Assembly (NCBI GenBank): GCA_965140935.1 | Contig: CBCSLL010000228.1 | Coordinates: 14,084 to 77,919 of the forward strand | Direction of reading: 5' to 3' | Length of the DNA stretch: 63,836 nt | DNA from: Rotaria magnacalcarata | Lineage: Eukaryota | Shown here: positions 24,252 to 38,619 of the stretch, one piece after another | Numbering within the stretch: the stretch's first letter is position 1 | How the letters are laid out: the number at the start of each line of letters is the position of its first letter | Program-made: the position numbers and the translations under genes | The notes under the pieces: generated by a model | What the model saw: the letters and a program-made list of their open reading frames with translations, nothing else | Database searches by the model: none | What the model was told of the DNA's origin: nothing

Positions 24252-26646
24252 TTAGCTCTTTGACTTTTTTAAAAAACTATCGTCTAGTTGTAGAGTGATC
24301 TTATGCCAGGCATTATTCATAACGCCACGAACATTCCAAATTCCTAATGGAGTATCCGGTTGAGTATTTCCATGTATATCCATCGCGCGGCAAACAATAT
24401 CGAATGGTTTCGAAGGTATATCATTGACATTGATATGATACGTCCACAACGTCCATGACCACGCACGCATATAGGGCTGCGCAAGTTGTTCAAGTTCAGC
24501 TTGAAACCAAGTTTTGCTAGAATAAAAATTAGCCTGGAGTCATTTCAATCAGTCACATCGTATAAAAAACTAAATAGAATATTGAAGACACATATTATTC
24601 CTTTTATTGTCAACTTTTGACATAAGCGGAAATTAGTATTCACTCAACAACTAAAGCTTTTTTCATTTTTTCTTATTATATCGTATAAATTTAGAAATTT
24701 TATTTTCTACTTCAATGCAATTTTTCTTATTAACCCTAGAGAACGATTTTGAATGGGACATGATTTTATATTTGAGAACTTCTATTTATAAAGCTTCCTC
24801 GTTTTTTTGTTCATTGAACTTTCAGGAACTATAAACGTTTGAAATGCAATTTTTTTCTAGGCAATTCGGAAAACATATTATTGCCTAGAAATAATAAACT
24901 ACTGAATATAAACCTATTGCAAATCGAAATGGGACATATGAAAATGACCTGGAGACTGCAATTATCTAATGAAAACAAATCATTATATAAATTTATTTAT
25001 CATTCGAAAAACGTTCTTAACTCTCGCGTGTCTCCAAATCTTGTTGATTAAGTTCTTAGACTTTTACACCAAGTTTGTTAATCATCGAAAGAACCATTTC
25101 GAGTATGTTTTTATGCTCTATAATATATTTCTAGAACTAAAATGAATAAAAAGTTTTGTTTGCTGATTCATGAATTTTTGAAGTCAAAATAATGATTCGA
25201 ATTGCGTTTCAGCAAAAATACTTACCCATGATCAAGACTAATCTGTACGTTTTGTATTGCTCTTCCGCCCCCACCTAATGCATAGCCTTTAACTGTAAGT
25301 CGTTGATCTTTATCATTTGGTTGTACTGATAAAACTTTAATTTTATTTCCATCGTCATCCGACGATGGATAACAAATAGCAGATTGCACATTGGATTCTT
25401 GTAACGCAGGTACTCTATCAAAATCGGCTTGTTGTGGTTCTTTTATTGATGGTGGAAGAATTTTATAATCAGATGTTTGCCAATGGCTGTCGGCTTCTTT
25501 ATCGGAAACAATAATTCGATTCAACCATTTAACACTACGAGCTCCAACTGTACCCGGTACAATTACGCGTAGAGGATAACCATGATCACTCGAGAGTAAT
25601 TCGCCGTTCATTTCATATGCAAGTAACACATCTTCGCTGAGCGCTTTTTCCATTGGAATGGATGCACCATAACATCTTTAGATAATAGAAAAATAAAAAT
25701 ATTTACAATTTTGTTTAGAAAAAAAATCTTACCTTTGTGATGTATCACAATCGAGACCCCAAAATTGAACATGTTTTCCTTCTTTATCAAGACCAAATGA
25801 TTCCAAAAGATCACGTAATTTAATGCCGGTCCAACGAGCATTTCCAATCGCTCCAACGTACCATTGCGTACCTAGTGCTGCTCCTTGATGTTCATTATTC
25901 ATGGCAGCACGACGGTTTCCAGCGCATTGTACAGCTGAAGTTATTGTGTGTGATTTATATTTATCGACTAAATCATCATAGGAAAGTGAATGGCTGGATT
26001 TTTCATTGCGAATTTCTAATTTAAATTCATTAATATTAACAACTGGCACATGCATATGATTGCGTACATAGAATTTTTCAACAGGGGTTAAAAATGATGA
26101 AACAAGTAGATTAGGTTTTGTTTCAGCATTAAACGGTCGTTGCGATCGAATGAAAAAAGTTTCGTTGGCATTGACACGCTCTGGATCATATTGGAATAGA
26201 TCGAGAACTGTCTCTTGATGTTTTTCATTCGCTTCTCTTTCGCCTAGAAAAACAAAATCTTTTCAAGTTTTTTTTTGCCTCTTTTTCTAAATACCTTCTG
26301 GTAGATTTCCTATTCGATATTGTTCTAAGGTTTCATAGACATGATCAATTTGATGGATCGTAAATATTTTCCAACAAGATTCAAGAGCTTTACCAGCAGT
26401 TTTTAGTATTTGTTTGCCACCTGGATGATTTTCAACAAATGAACTTACATCGTATACACCATCCTTATAGGCAAGCCAATAACCTACAGAATAGAACCAT
26501 TGCATAGAATTCGTTTTGTACTGAAAAACAATTCGTTCAACTGTACATGGAATATTTAAAAAAATTTTTGTGTGCACCTTCTGATTTTCATATACCAGAA
26601 GTACATGAAAGAACTCGATGATTAAATACTTTTTATTTTGAGACAC
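24252..26646 (-). CDS. SUOX: Sulfite oxidase (cytochrome b5 heme domain + Moco oxidoreductase domain + dimerisation domain); multi-exon, blocks approx 26287-26646, 25729-26060, 25226-25653, 24252-24524
   Basis: Cyt-b5 block: 'YKDGVYDVSSFVENHPGGKQILKTAGKALESCWKIFTIHQ'. Moco-domain blocks: 'SAVQCAGNRRAAMNN...GAIGNARWTGIKLRDLLESFGLDKEGKHVQFWGLD' and 'EMNGELLSSDHGYPLRVIVPGTVGARSVKWLNRIIV'. C-terminal dimerisation block: 'KTWFQAELEQLAQPYMRAWSWTLWTYHINV...HGNTQPDTPLGIWNVRGVMNNAWH'. A GTAAGT donor lies at approx 25221-25226. The last intron is about 0.7 kb. The 5' (mitochondrial presequence) exon is not resolved. Confidence 0.8.
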
Positions 26647-27792
26647 CTACATGGAAGTAGATAGCCGCTGAAAAAAGATTACGATTCGATGGAAACGTTT
26701 AACAGAAATTTCGAAGTCACTTATTTTGATAAGACTTTTGCTTTTGATTCTTGCCGGAAGGTTTTTCATACAAGGCAAATATGAACTATCGCTGTCAAAG
26801 TGTGTTGTTTTTCATTATAAAATAGGAGGCATCCCTAATGGCGAACCAGCGTTGTATTTATAAAAAAAAATGACGAGTTTTTCTTATAAAATTACTCTCA
26901 GGAAACTCAAGCATATTTATTTTACTTACACGACTCCTACTATTTTAAATAGTTAGTTTTTATCCTTATCAAATTGAAATTTACACCAGTACATTAGCAC
27001 GTGCGTTTTTTTACTTTATACAAAATATCGATTTATTCGTTTCTATGGTACTTTTTTTCACCTAAAATTCGATTTTTAATAAAGAACTTCATTCAAACAG
27101 AACGATGCTTTTTTAACGTTCAACAAATAGTAGACATTGAAAATCAACATTCTAAAGCTCTATCGAACTACTTTTAGACAAATAATACGAAATCTGAATA
27201 TGTGGATAAGAGTCAATGTTGATTCTTTCACTAACAACTCAGAAATGGGATCGTCGCTGAATACCAGGACACCTCTTTCTTTTAATCTTTATCAAGCAAA
27301 ATGTGTCTATATTTTATGTTTTTAATACCGCTTTCTTTCGTTGTATGTTTGGCAACTTCGGACATGGCATAATTTGGTAGAGTTGGAATTCTTTCTCCAA
27401 TAATAACATTTGCATGTGTATTTGCATGAACGATTGGTTTATATTTTGAAAATAAATAACCTTAGCAAAGGAAAAAAAAATAATAACAAACCTATGTTTA
27501 GTAACTTCTTTTCTATGTATATACCTGCAACTAATCCACTTGCTATTCCGGTTGTAATTAGATGAGGTTTAAAACTTTGACGAAAAATAAAGGCTAACCG
27601 TGATCGCATTGTGTTTGCTAATTACGACCCTTATTGTACCTAATTAACTTCGCCCAACACCATCTTTGGTATTTTAAATGATTGATCAATAGTAACAACC
27701 AATGAAATGCATGTTCGTTTTTACGGTACAAACTCAATGATTCGATTCGGTAGTTGTCAGTCCTGAATATGTAATTCATTTTTGATAGTGTT

Positions 27793-29032
<1,240 letters not shown>

Positions 29033-30361
29033 ATCAAAAGGCTACAGAACAAATGTTTTTTTGATACCTATCAAATCAGATTTTTAGAATAGCACAAACT
29101 AGTGCTTAACAGATAAAATCAATCAATTGTTTTTTTTTGTATTTCAGCACAATTTGCTTGTCTGTGACAATTTCGTGTTTCGTTTTTTTTTCTTTTTGCT
29201 TATTTTATTTGATGTTGTTACTAATACAAATAAAGATATGAAACTGCTTGGCTAAAATCACTTCTAGTCTTTTGGATATTTTCAATCAACTAGGGCATGG
29301 ATGCCGACGAAGAGAAGAAAGATGCCATCACCCGCACCCGCAGGTTTCGTAATAAATAGAACGAATAATTCAGTAGATGCTAAAAATAACTAATGAATTT
29401 TAGCCATACAAATTTCATACTTCATCCATTGTTCTGCCGCTCATGATCAAAACAGTTGGAGGTATTTTAATAACTAGATTCCAAGGTTGTTTTACTCAAT
29501 TATTCAGCAATTAAAAGCTATGCTAAATTGCCGCTCTAATAGTGAAAACACTCCTTTACAAAAATAGAAACACAACTTCATAAGAAAAAAGGTCTCTGTC
29601 ACATCCTAGATCTTTCGAACTGTGTGCGCTGCAAAACAAAAGAATATGTTTTGTCTGTTTATTTGCACATCTTTATTTCCGTTCTAGTAGACGATGAAAC
29701 AAAAGTCTTCATGAAAAATCAAGGTAACAACGACGACTAGAATCAATTTTTCCGTGAAGTTCGCTTTATGTCTAGACGCTAAATTCTTTTTTTTTGATCT
29801 ATATCCCAATAAATTTAAAAATCACAACAAAAATGAACCCTGGATTTTTGTTTCGTTTGCTTTATTTCAATTGCAACAGAAATTCGACTTTATTTTAGAT
29901 ATTTCTTATCAGTGATTCATAAATTGACAAATGGTTTACTCAATATTATCGTTTTACTAACTATTCTGGTGATTTCTCATATAGAATATTTCAGAAACAC
30001 ATGAAATCACCGCGTTGTTATCTTTATACCACAGTATTGCAGCACACAATGTCAAACAGGGCTTTTGCGTTCTTCTCTAATTCTCTCTCTGCAACCCTTC
30101 GTTTCTTTCTTTCTCCTTATTTACCACATGAATCAACCTCAGTCGATTAGTATTGTGAGTTAGTCGCGCAAGGTTTGACGTTTACTCATATTCATGTAAT
30201 TTCACAATCGAATTGAAAAAAGTTGTTTTTTTTGTTTCTCTCGCACGTAACCCCTTTATAGCGTAGCTGTTTTTCAACGGATACTAGCATACATAAAAGC
30301 ACTCCTTATTCTTACAGATTTGCCGTTTTTTTTTTGGTTTTTTGGATAAGAAAATCTATCG

Positions 30362-33300
30362 ATGACTGATTCGAAAACTACCGGTGGTAAGCTGCATGAT
30401 GAATATGTTGTTCTTCTAAATATCGATGATGGTACTCTATTTAGTATACCGAATTCCTCCTTTCTACTATTTGCATGTTCTCGATCAGAACACAAATGTA
30501 ACTCGACTTGAAGTAGGTCCTAAAACTTTTGTTAAACAAGATCATGAAAAAGTTTTACTGGGACCTGAAGGCATGTTAATTATTCCGTATGTTTAATTAT
30601 TGTTTGTTTTTTCGCGAGATAAAATATGTTTTCGTTCATAGTCCACGTCATTATGCTGTTATTGATAATCCAGCAGTTCGAGATAAAGATGGTCAAGTTG
30701 TTATAGATGCTAATGGTCAAGTTAAATTATTGCATTCCGATGTTGATATTCGTTTTGCACAAGAACCATTTCCACTTTATCCTGGAGAAACTCTCAAACA
30801 AAATGTTACGCCATTGAAAGTTATTGAACCTAATTGCGCACTACGTCTTCGTACTGTTCTTGACTTCACCAATGATCACGGTGAACTAGTCCGAGCTGGG
30901 GATGAATTTCTTTTCCAGGGACCTGGTATGAAACCATAAGATTTTAGCGGATAAATAGAAAAATTTTTATGTTTTGATGTTTAGGCACTTATTTTCCACG
31001 TAAGGAAGTTAGCGTAGAAGAACAAATTAAAGCTGTTATTCTTAAGCCAAATGAAGCTGTTCGTTTACGTGCTAAGAAAGAAATGATAGATCGAAGTGGT
31101 GTAGAACGAGAAACCGGTGAAGAATGGCTTAATCGAACCGTCGGTTCATATTTACCATTAGCCTATGAAGAAGTTGTCTCGGTTGTCAAAGCCTATGTAC
31201 TTACTGATAAAGTACGATGTTGTGATTCTGTAAAGCATCCTTAATATCCTATTATATGCATATTTTGTTTTCAGAAAGCTCTTCATGTTCGTGCTTTACG
31301 TACGTTCACTGATTTATTCAAGCGTAAGCGTCTTCATGGTGAAGAATGGTTAGTCTATGCAAGTGATAGTGAAACCTATATTCCTGATGTTTACGAAGAA
31401 GTATGTTATCTTGTGTTTTCTTCGATGCAAAGAAAATATCCTTTTTTCTAGGTTGTTGGCGTTGTATCAGTGACAGTATTGAACTCTCGTCAATATTGTG
31501 TTATTGTGGATCCAGTTGATGCCGATGGTAAACTTCAACTTGGAAGAAAAAAACTAATTAAAGTACGAGAAAAATAATTGCATTTATCAAATATAAATAA
31601 TTATTTAACATTTTTCTATTTTTCAGGGTGAAAAAACATTCTTTCTTCAACCTGGTGAAAAATTAGCAAATGGTATTCAAGATGTTTACGTACTTGAAGA
31701 AGACGAAGGTCTTATTCTTCGTTGTACTGAGTCGTTTAAAGAAGACGAAGTAAGTTTGTGCTTTTGTTTATGGTTAATAGAAAATAACGACGATCTCTAT
31801 CAATAGAAAGTCTTACGAAACCCTGGTGATCGTTGGATGGTTCGCGGACCTAAAGATTATATACCGGCTGTTGAAGCCGACGTTGTACTTCGACGTAAAG
31901 CAATTCCATTGGATATTAACGAAGGAATCTATGTTCGTGATGTTAAAAGTGGTAAAGTTCGTGCCGTCATTGGCACAACATATCTGTTAACTGAAAATGA
32001 GGAACTTTGGGAGAAAGATTTGCCAGCACAAGTCGAACAATTACTTGTTTTAGATGCTCGACACTTCGAAGATAAATCAGGTACACCAGCTGCTATTCCA
32101 CCAAGAAATAAATCAAAAGTTGTTAGCTATCGCGTACCGCACAATGCTGCTGTACAAATTTATGACTTTAAATCTAAGAAGGCCCGCATTGTCTTTGGCC
32201 CTGAACTTGTTATTCTTGGCCCTGATGAACAATTTACAATTTTGAATTTATCCGGTGAAAAACCCAAAGTACCAAACAAAATTCGAGCAATCTGCCTTCT
32301 ATTGGGACCAGAATTCTCAAGTGATATTGTTACAATTGAATCAAGTGATCATGCTCGTCTTTCACTTAGACTTTCATACAATTGGCATTTTGAAGTAAGA
32401 ACCATTGAGGTCTTTTTCATTAAAAAGTAAACTGTTTTATGTCCAGGTCAGTGATCGTGAAGATAGCAAAGAAGTTGCGAAACTCTTTTCGGTTCCAGAT
32501 TTCGTTGGAGACTTTTGCAAGGCTGTTGCGGCGAAGATTCGTGGTGCCGTTGCTGGTATTTCATTTGATGATTTTCATAAGAATTCAGCAAAAATTATTC
32601 GTGCTTCTGTCTTTGGTCTTGATGAAAACAAACGAGTTAACAAACGTCTCGTATTTCCACAAAATAACTTGATTTTAACTTCGATCGATATTCAAAGTGT
32701 CGAGCCTGTCGATCAACGAACACGTGATGCACTTCAAAAGAGTGTTCAATTAGCTATTGAGGTAAGATCAGCGTAATTGACATCATTCATTTCAATGAAT
32801 TTTGTTTTGTTAGATTACAACAAATTCTCAAGAAGCTCAAGCAAAGTAAAAATCATTGATGAATTCAAATTGAATGTTCGCAATATTTCTCTTCATAGAC
32901 ATACGGCATCTCGTACAGAACAAGAAGCGAAAGGTCATTTAGAGAGACAGAAGATTGCTGATGAAGCTGAAGGTAAAAAAAAGAATTGATTAATACTTTT
33001 GTAAACAAAGATTTTCATACGTTTTGTTTTTGTTTGTAGCCGAAAAAGAACGTCGAAAACTATTACAACTACAAGCTGAATCATCAGCCGTTGAATCAAC
33101 TGGTCAAGCTAAAGCTGAAGCTCAATCACGAGCAGAAGCTGCTAAAATTGAGGGTTCAGCTGCTGTTGATCAAGGTAAATACTCTTGTCTAGATATGATT
33201 CTAGATTTCATCACATAGATATCTTTTATTTTAGCTAAACTTCGTGCCGAAGCAACAAAAATTGAATCCGATAGTGAACTTCAACGTTTAACACAAGCAC

Positions 33301-33640
33301 GAGAACTTGAATTAACATATGCAAAATTATCAAGCGATTTAGAAATTGAAAAAGCGAAACGATTAGCTGATATTGAAATTCAAGAATTTAAAGAACACAT
33401 TAATTCTATTGGATCAAAAACAATCCAAGCTATTGCTACTAGCGGACCCGATAATCAAGTAAGATTTTTCATCCTGTATTTTGTGTACTTCATCATTAAC
33501 GGAAAATTTCGTCTTACTAGGTTAAACTTCTTCAAGCTCTTGGCATCAAATCTACATTGATTACTGACGGACGTAGTCCAATCAATCTTTTCAATACAGC
33601 TGTTGACTTGGTCGGAGGAGGAGCCCCACAACAGCATTGA
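30362..33640 (+). CDS. MVP: Major vault protein, copy 1 (approx 14 exons; stop TGA 33638-33640). Resolved 5' exons: 30362-30386, 30445-30586, 30642-30925, 30985-approx 31212; further blocks approx 31273-31399, 31452-31563, 31626-31750, 31806-32393, 32447-32761, 32812-32844, 32902-32975, 33037-33177, 33235-33459, 33521-33640
   Basis: Near colinear match to vertebrate MVP: '[28 protein letters not shown]' (exon 1-2), '[13 protein letters not shown]' (exon 2-3 junction; GTATGT donor at 30587), '[49 protein letters not shown]', '[26 protein letters not shown]', the shoulder-domain segment '[30 protein letters not shown]...[26 protein letters not shown]', the cap-helix coiled coil, and C-terminal '[25 protein letters not shown]'. 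The 5' start is ambiguous (see findings). Confidence 0.9.
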
Positions 33641-34557
33641 GCGCTCATTCATACAACATATTAATACAGTGTTGATGTGGGTGCAGTCAGATTTTATCGA
33701 AAAAGCGAACTTTTAGCGATGCCATTTATTTCTTTTTATGTATTTGTGTAACCTATAGAATCTTTTTTTCTATCACTATTATCAAAAATAAAATATTAGT
33801 ATACTTCGAAAAATCATTTGATCTATTATTCAAACGCTTGCTAAGACGAGAAAATTCAAGATGAATTACCTTGAGTTCTGTTTTCAATCATTACCGACTA
33901 ATATAGATGTTTAAAATACTTCGTAAACAATTATAAAAATAAGCTGTCAATAGCCAGGTAAAATAATGCACAGAAACGAAATTGCAGTAAGAAGAAAAAC
34001 AAGCAAAAAATAAATGACTTCGAATTTATACACAGAACGAAATCGTCAATTAATCGAGTAAAAATACCTATTCTAGAAAAACAAATATTTGTTGGCTCAG
34101 TTAAAGATTGAATTGATTGGCGGTCTCTGCAGAAAAACATTTCGATGCAATCAAGATCATGCCGAAGTACGAAAACAGGAGGTTCTGTTATCTGTAGATC
34201 GAAAACAATATCCTGTGCGCGTCCGTAGAAATGATGTTTCCCAATCGAGAAGAAAATTTTGCGCTTAAAATTCCATGAATAATTAAAAATTCGACCATTT
34301 TACCCATGAAATTTTGTGCGACAACAAGTTTTTCAAGTTCGATATATCTCCGACGACAATGACATTATAGCCAGACTTTCATTACGCTTAGAAGTGAACA
34401 GTAGACAGTGGTACAAAAATAATTGGAACTACTTTTTTTACCTTTATTATTCTTACATATATGTATTATTTCATAAGAAATCAAACTAAGTGTATATAAA
34501 ATAAAGTTCAACACGCAGCTACGACAGACAGAAAAAGAAATATTTTAAATTTTATAT

Positions 34558-37500
34558 CTATTCATGTTCTTCGACATGATAATTGCTCGAAGTTGCAGTT
34601 GATGTACGAGGTTTTTGATTCATATTTCCGGTCATACCGCCTAGAAGACCTTGTCCGAATCCCATAAGATTGATTGGTGAACGGCCATCGGTAACCAACA
34701 TTGATTGAAGACCAAGTGCTTGTAAAAGTTTAACTTGTGTATCTGGACCAGACGTCGCAATAGCTTGTATGGTTGATGCACCAATCGCTTCAACTTGTAA
34801 TTTGAATTTATCGGTTTCAATTCTTGACATTTCAGCTTTTTTCGTGATTTCTAATTCATTTTGTTCACGTAAATATTTGATTTCAGCTTCGCGTGCTAAT
34901 TTCAAACGTTCTAATTCAGCCTCAGCTTCAATACGTGTCGCATCGGCTTTGAGACGAGCTAATCGAAAGAAAGAAAAAGAAAAAGTTTATTATTTAAACA
35001 CTTCGATTTTATTTTTACCTTGTTCAACGGCAGCTTTGCCTTCAATGAGAGCTGATTCAGCTCGACTTTGTGCTTCAGCTTTAGCGTGACCACTGACTTC
35101 AACAGCAGCTGATTCAGCTTGCAATTCAAGAAGTTGTCGTCGAACTTCCTCAGCTTCGGCTTCATCTTTTATGCGTTGGCGTTCGAGTAAACCTTTGGCT
35201 TCTTGTTCTCGACGTGAAGCTTCATGTTTAGCTGCAGCCTCTTGTGAATTTGTTGTAATCTAAGAAGCCAAAAAATTCATTGATACGGATGAAATCAATT
35301 ACATGTATCTTACTTCAATAGCCAATTGAACACTCTTCTGAAGTGCATCACGTGTTCGTTGATCAACAGGTTCGACACTTTGAATATCAATCGACGTAAT
35401 AACGAGATTATTTTGCGGGAAAACGAATTCATCTCGTACACGTTGATTCGAATCAAGACCAAATACAGCTGCACGAATAATATGAGCTGAATTCTTATGA
35501 AAATCATCGAATTGAGTTCCAGCAACAGCACCGCGAATACGCGATGCAATAGCTTTAGCTGCATCACCAACAAAATCGGGTACTGAAAAAAGTTTAGCAG
35601 CTTCTTTTTCGTCTTTAGTGTCGTTAACGTCGAAATGCCAATCTAAAGAAAAAATAGAGAGTTCAAAAAACATTTTCCTTTTTGAAATTTATCAATTTAC
35701 TGTAAGATAATTGAAGTGAAAGGCGAGCATGATCAGCTGTTTCAATAACAATAACATCGGTAAAGAAATCAGGACCAAGAAGTAAACAGAGTGATTGAAT
35801 TTGGTTCGCTTTTTTTGGCACAGAACCACTCAATGAAAGTAATGTAAAATGTTCTTCTGGGCCAAGCATAACAAGTTCAGGGCCAAAGATAATGCGTGCT
35901 TTTTTAGCCTTATAATCATAAATCTGTACAGCGGCATTGTGTGGCACGCGATACGCAACTAATTTCGATTTATCACGTTGAGTTGCGCTTGATTTTGCAC
36001 TTGCTTGCGTTGTCGTAGTTGCTTGCTGTTGAGCTTTATCTGCGCCTTGATTACGTGTTGGAACATTTCGTTCGGCTAGCGGATCACGAGAAAGTAACTC
36101 TTCAACTTGTTTAGGCAATTCTTTTTGCCAAAGTTCTTCATTTTGTGTGAGCATATAAGTTTCACCAACAACAGCTCGTACACGACCGGTTTTGATATCA
36201 CGAACATAGATACCTTCGTTTTCATCTAAAGGCATTGCTTTACGACGTGTAACAACTTCAACTTGTGTTGGAGGAATATATTCGCTATAGCGAGAAAAAA
36301 ATTAAAATTTTCAAACTAAAACTCAATGAATCGGTTTCTTACTTTGGCCCACGAATCATCCATCTGTCGCCGGGATTTCTTTCAACATGTGCTTGTTCAT
36401 CGGTAAATGCTTCGATACATTTAAGAATAACACCTTCATCTTCACCCAATATATACACATCTTGAATACCATTTTCAAGCGTCTCACCGGGTTGAAGAAA
36501 GAATGATTTTTCGCCAACAATAAGTTTCTATTAGAAACAAGAAATGATAACTTAGACAAAAATAATACTAGCACAAACCTTTTTTCCTAATTGCGGTTTT
36601 CCGTCTTCAACTGGATCAAGAACAACGCAATATTGTCGTGAGTTAAGTGTTATTACACCAACTACGGCCACTAACTGTTCATAAACATTGAGTGTATGAG
36701 TTTCAGTATCTTTGAGAGTTACAAGCCATTCTTCTCCATTCATACGATTTTTACCAAAATCATCCGTAAATGTTTTCAGAGCACGAAGATGTAATGCTTT
36801 TTTATCTGTTAATACATGAGCACTTTCGACCGACACAACAGTTTCCTAGATTATGGAAATAATAGTTAGGAGAAGAATTTTCAAACGTAATTTCCCTTAC
36901 ATAGGCAAGTGGTAGATAAGCACCGGTTTTTTTTATTAACCATTCTTCGCCGGTGACACGTCGTTGACCTGTTCGATCGATGATTTCTTTTTTAGCACAC
37001 AAGCGAATAGCTTGATTCGAGCTAATGACCGTGGCACGAATTTGTTCTTCTACGCTAACTTCTTTTCGTGGAATGTAAGTGCCTGGTCCTTCAAATAGCC
37101 ATTCGTCACCAGCACGACGCTGTTCTTTTGCTGTATCATCGTCGAAGTCGAGTACAGCCTTTAAGCGTAAAGCTGAATTAGCTGGTACGACTTTAAGTGG
37201 AGTAACTGGCTATCAAAGACTAGATTGTAAAAATGAAAAGTAATAATATAAATTTTTCTACCTGACGAAGAACTTCGCCTGGATAAAGTGGAAATGGTGA
37301 TTGATCAGTTTGTGCAAGACGAATATCCAAATCAGCATGAACAAGTTTAGCTTGGCCATTGGCATCGAATTGAACTTGTCCTTCGACATTGCGTATGACA
37401 GGCGATTCAACGACACAATAGTGACGTGGCCTAAATATTATTTTTATTTTTACTTTGTTGTTTTTCGAATTAATTTACGTACGGTACTGTAATCATTTTT

Positions 37501-37688
37501 TCTGGTCCGATCGTAACTGTTTCATTGTCTTGTTTAATGAATGTTTTAGGACCAACTTCAAGTCGTGTGACATTTGTATTTTGATCCAAAACATGAATAT
37601 AATAGTAGGGTGGTATGCGGTACAATGGACCGGCACCACCTTTACCAGAAGATGTAGTCGATGTTGACGGATTCATATTATTTGTCAA
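34558..37688 (-). CDS. MVP: Major vault protein, copy 2 (diverged paralog, convergent with copy 1); exon blocks approx 37470-37688, 36552-37002 (several exons), 36300-36500, 35663-36235, 35299-35673, 35040-35215, 34558-34960
   Basis: Minus-strand translation: '[69 protein letters not shown]' (N-terminal exon), '[80 protein letters not shown]', '[43 protein letters not shown]', '[29 protein letters not shown]...[26 protein letters not shown]', and C-terminal '[27 protein letters not shown]'. By eye it is approx 70-80% identical to copy 1 over conserved blocks. It has extra Q/T-rich linkers ('[31 protein letters not shown]'). Confidence 0.9.
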
Positions 37689-38619
37689 TGATAATCTAGA
37701 CGAATGTATGAGAAAATGAATGCCTACTTATAAAAAACTGAAAAATACGGGAGAGATGAACGAGATATTGAGAGAAAAGCAGTGAAATAGTTTTACGCAG
37801 CAATTGTGCAATTTTACCCCTCGAAAAAAAGAGAAAAAAATCTATATTTTTCTCTTTTTACGTGCGTTGTCGCTGTTATTGCACAACTCATGTGTTTCAT
37901 TTTATAACCCTTCAAGTCAATAATAACGACACAAATACACATATAAATATGTGGCGATGAATCATCATGATAGCAACATCATGAAGAAAACTGCAATTTC
38001 ATAAACTATTCTACTATTTTGAAAATAGAACATTTACGATGAAATGTAATTTGATCGCTAATCAAGTGTACACGTTCACTGGCATAAATGACTCGATCTC
38101 GTTAATATAAAATTGTCTTTTTTCTCAACCGAGGATATTAAAAAATGTTCAATTACGAATGATTTAAGTCCAGTCGATAGAATGAATGCCAAGTATTTAT
38201 TTGTTTTTCACCGCAACGGTTAAATAATAAGAATTTCAAACATCGAATGAAATCGAGATCAAAACTATGAAATAAGTCGATTGCATACATTTAATTTATT
38301 ATGTTGCAAGATGTATGCTTTGGACTGGATTACCAAAATAAAAGACGGTTTGACAGTTCTTCGAGCATCTTATTGATTTTTCTCAATTTTCAGTATATTT
38401 CAAAAATTAGCCCGTTTAAAATTCTTACATGATATTCTCACTAAATCGTAGCTTGAAAGATATCAGCAGATTTCAATATTCATTCTGTCCGAACATCATA
38501 TATCCTAGCCGACCATTGCTGTACAATTCTAAAATATGAATATAAGGAGCATGTAAAAAAAAAGGTTTACGAACACTTGTAAAATAAAATATCCACTACA
38601 TTTAGCTTGATAGCTCACA

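Noticed and set aside
32054-32672. ORFs 32054-32245 (+), 32439-32672 (+) and 35310-35573 (-) overlapping MVP exons
   Set aside because: These are alternative-frame shadows inside well-supported MVP coding exons. Their products are low-complexity and have no motifs.
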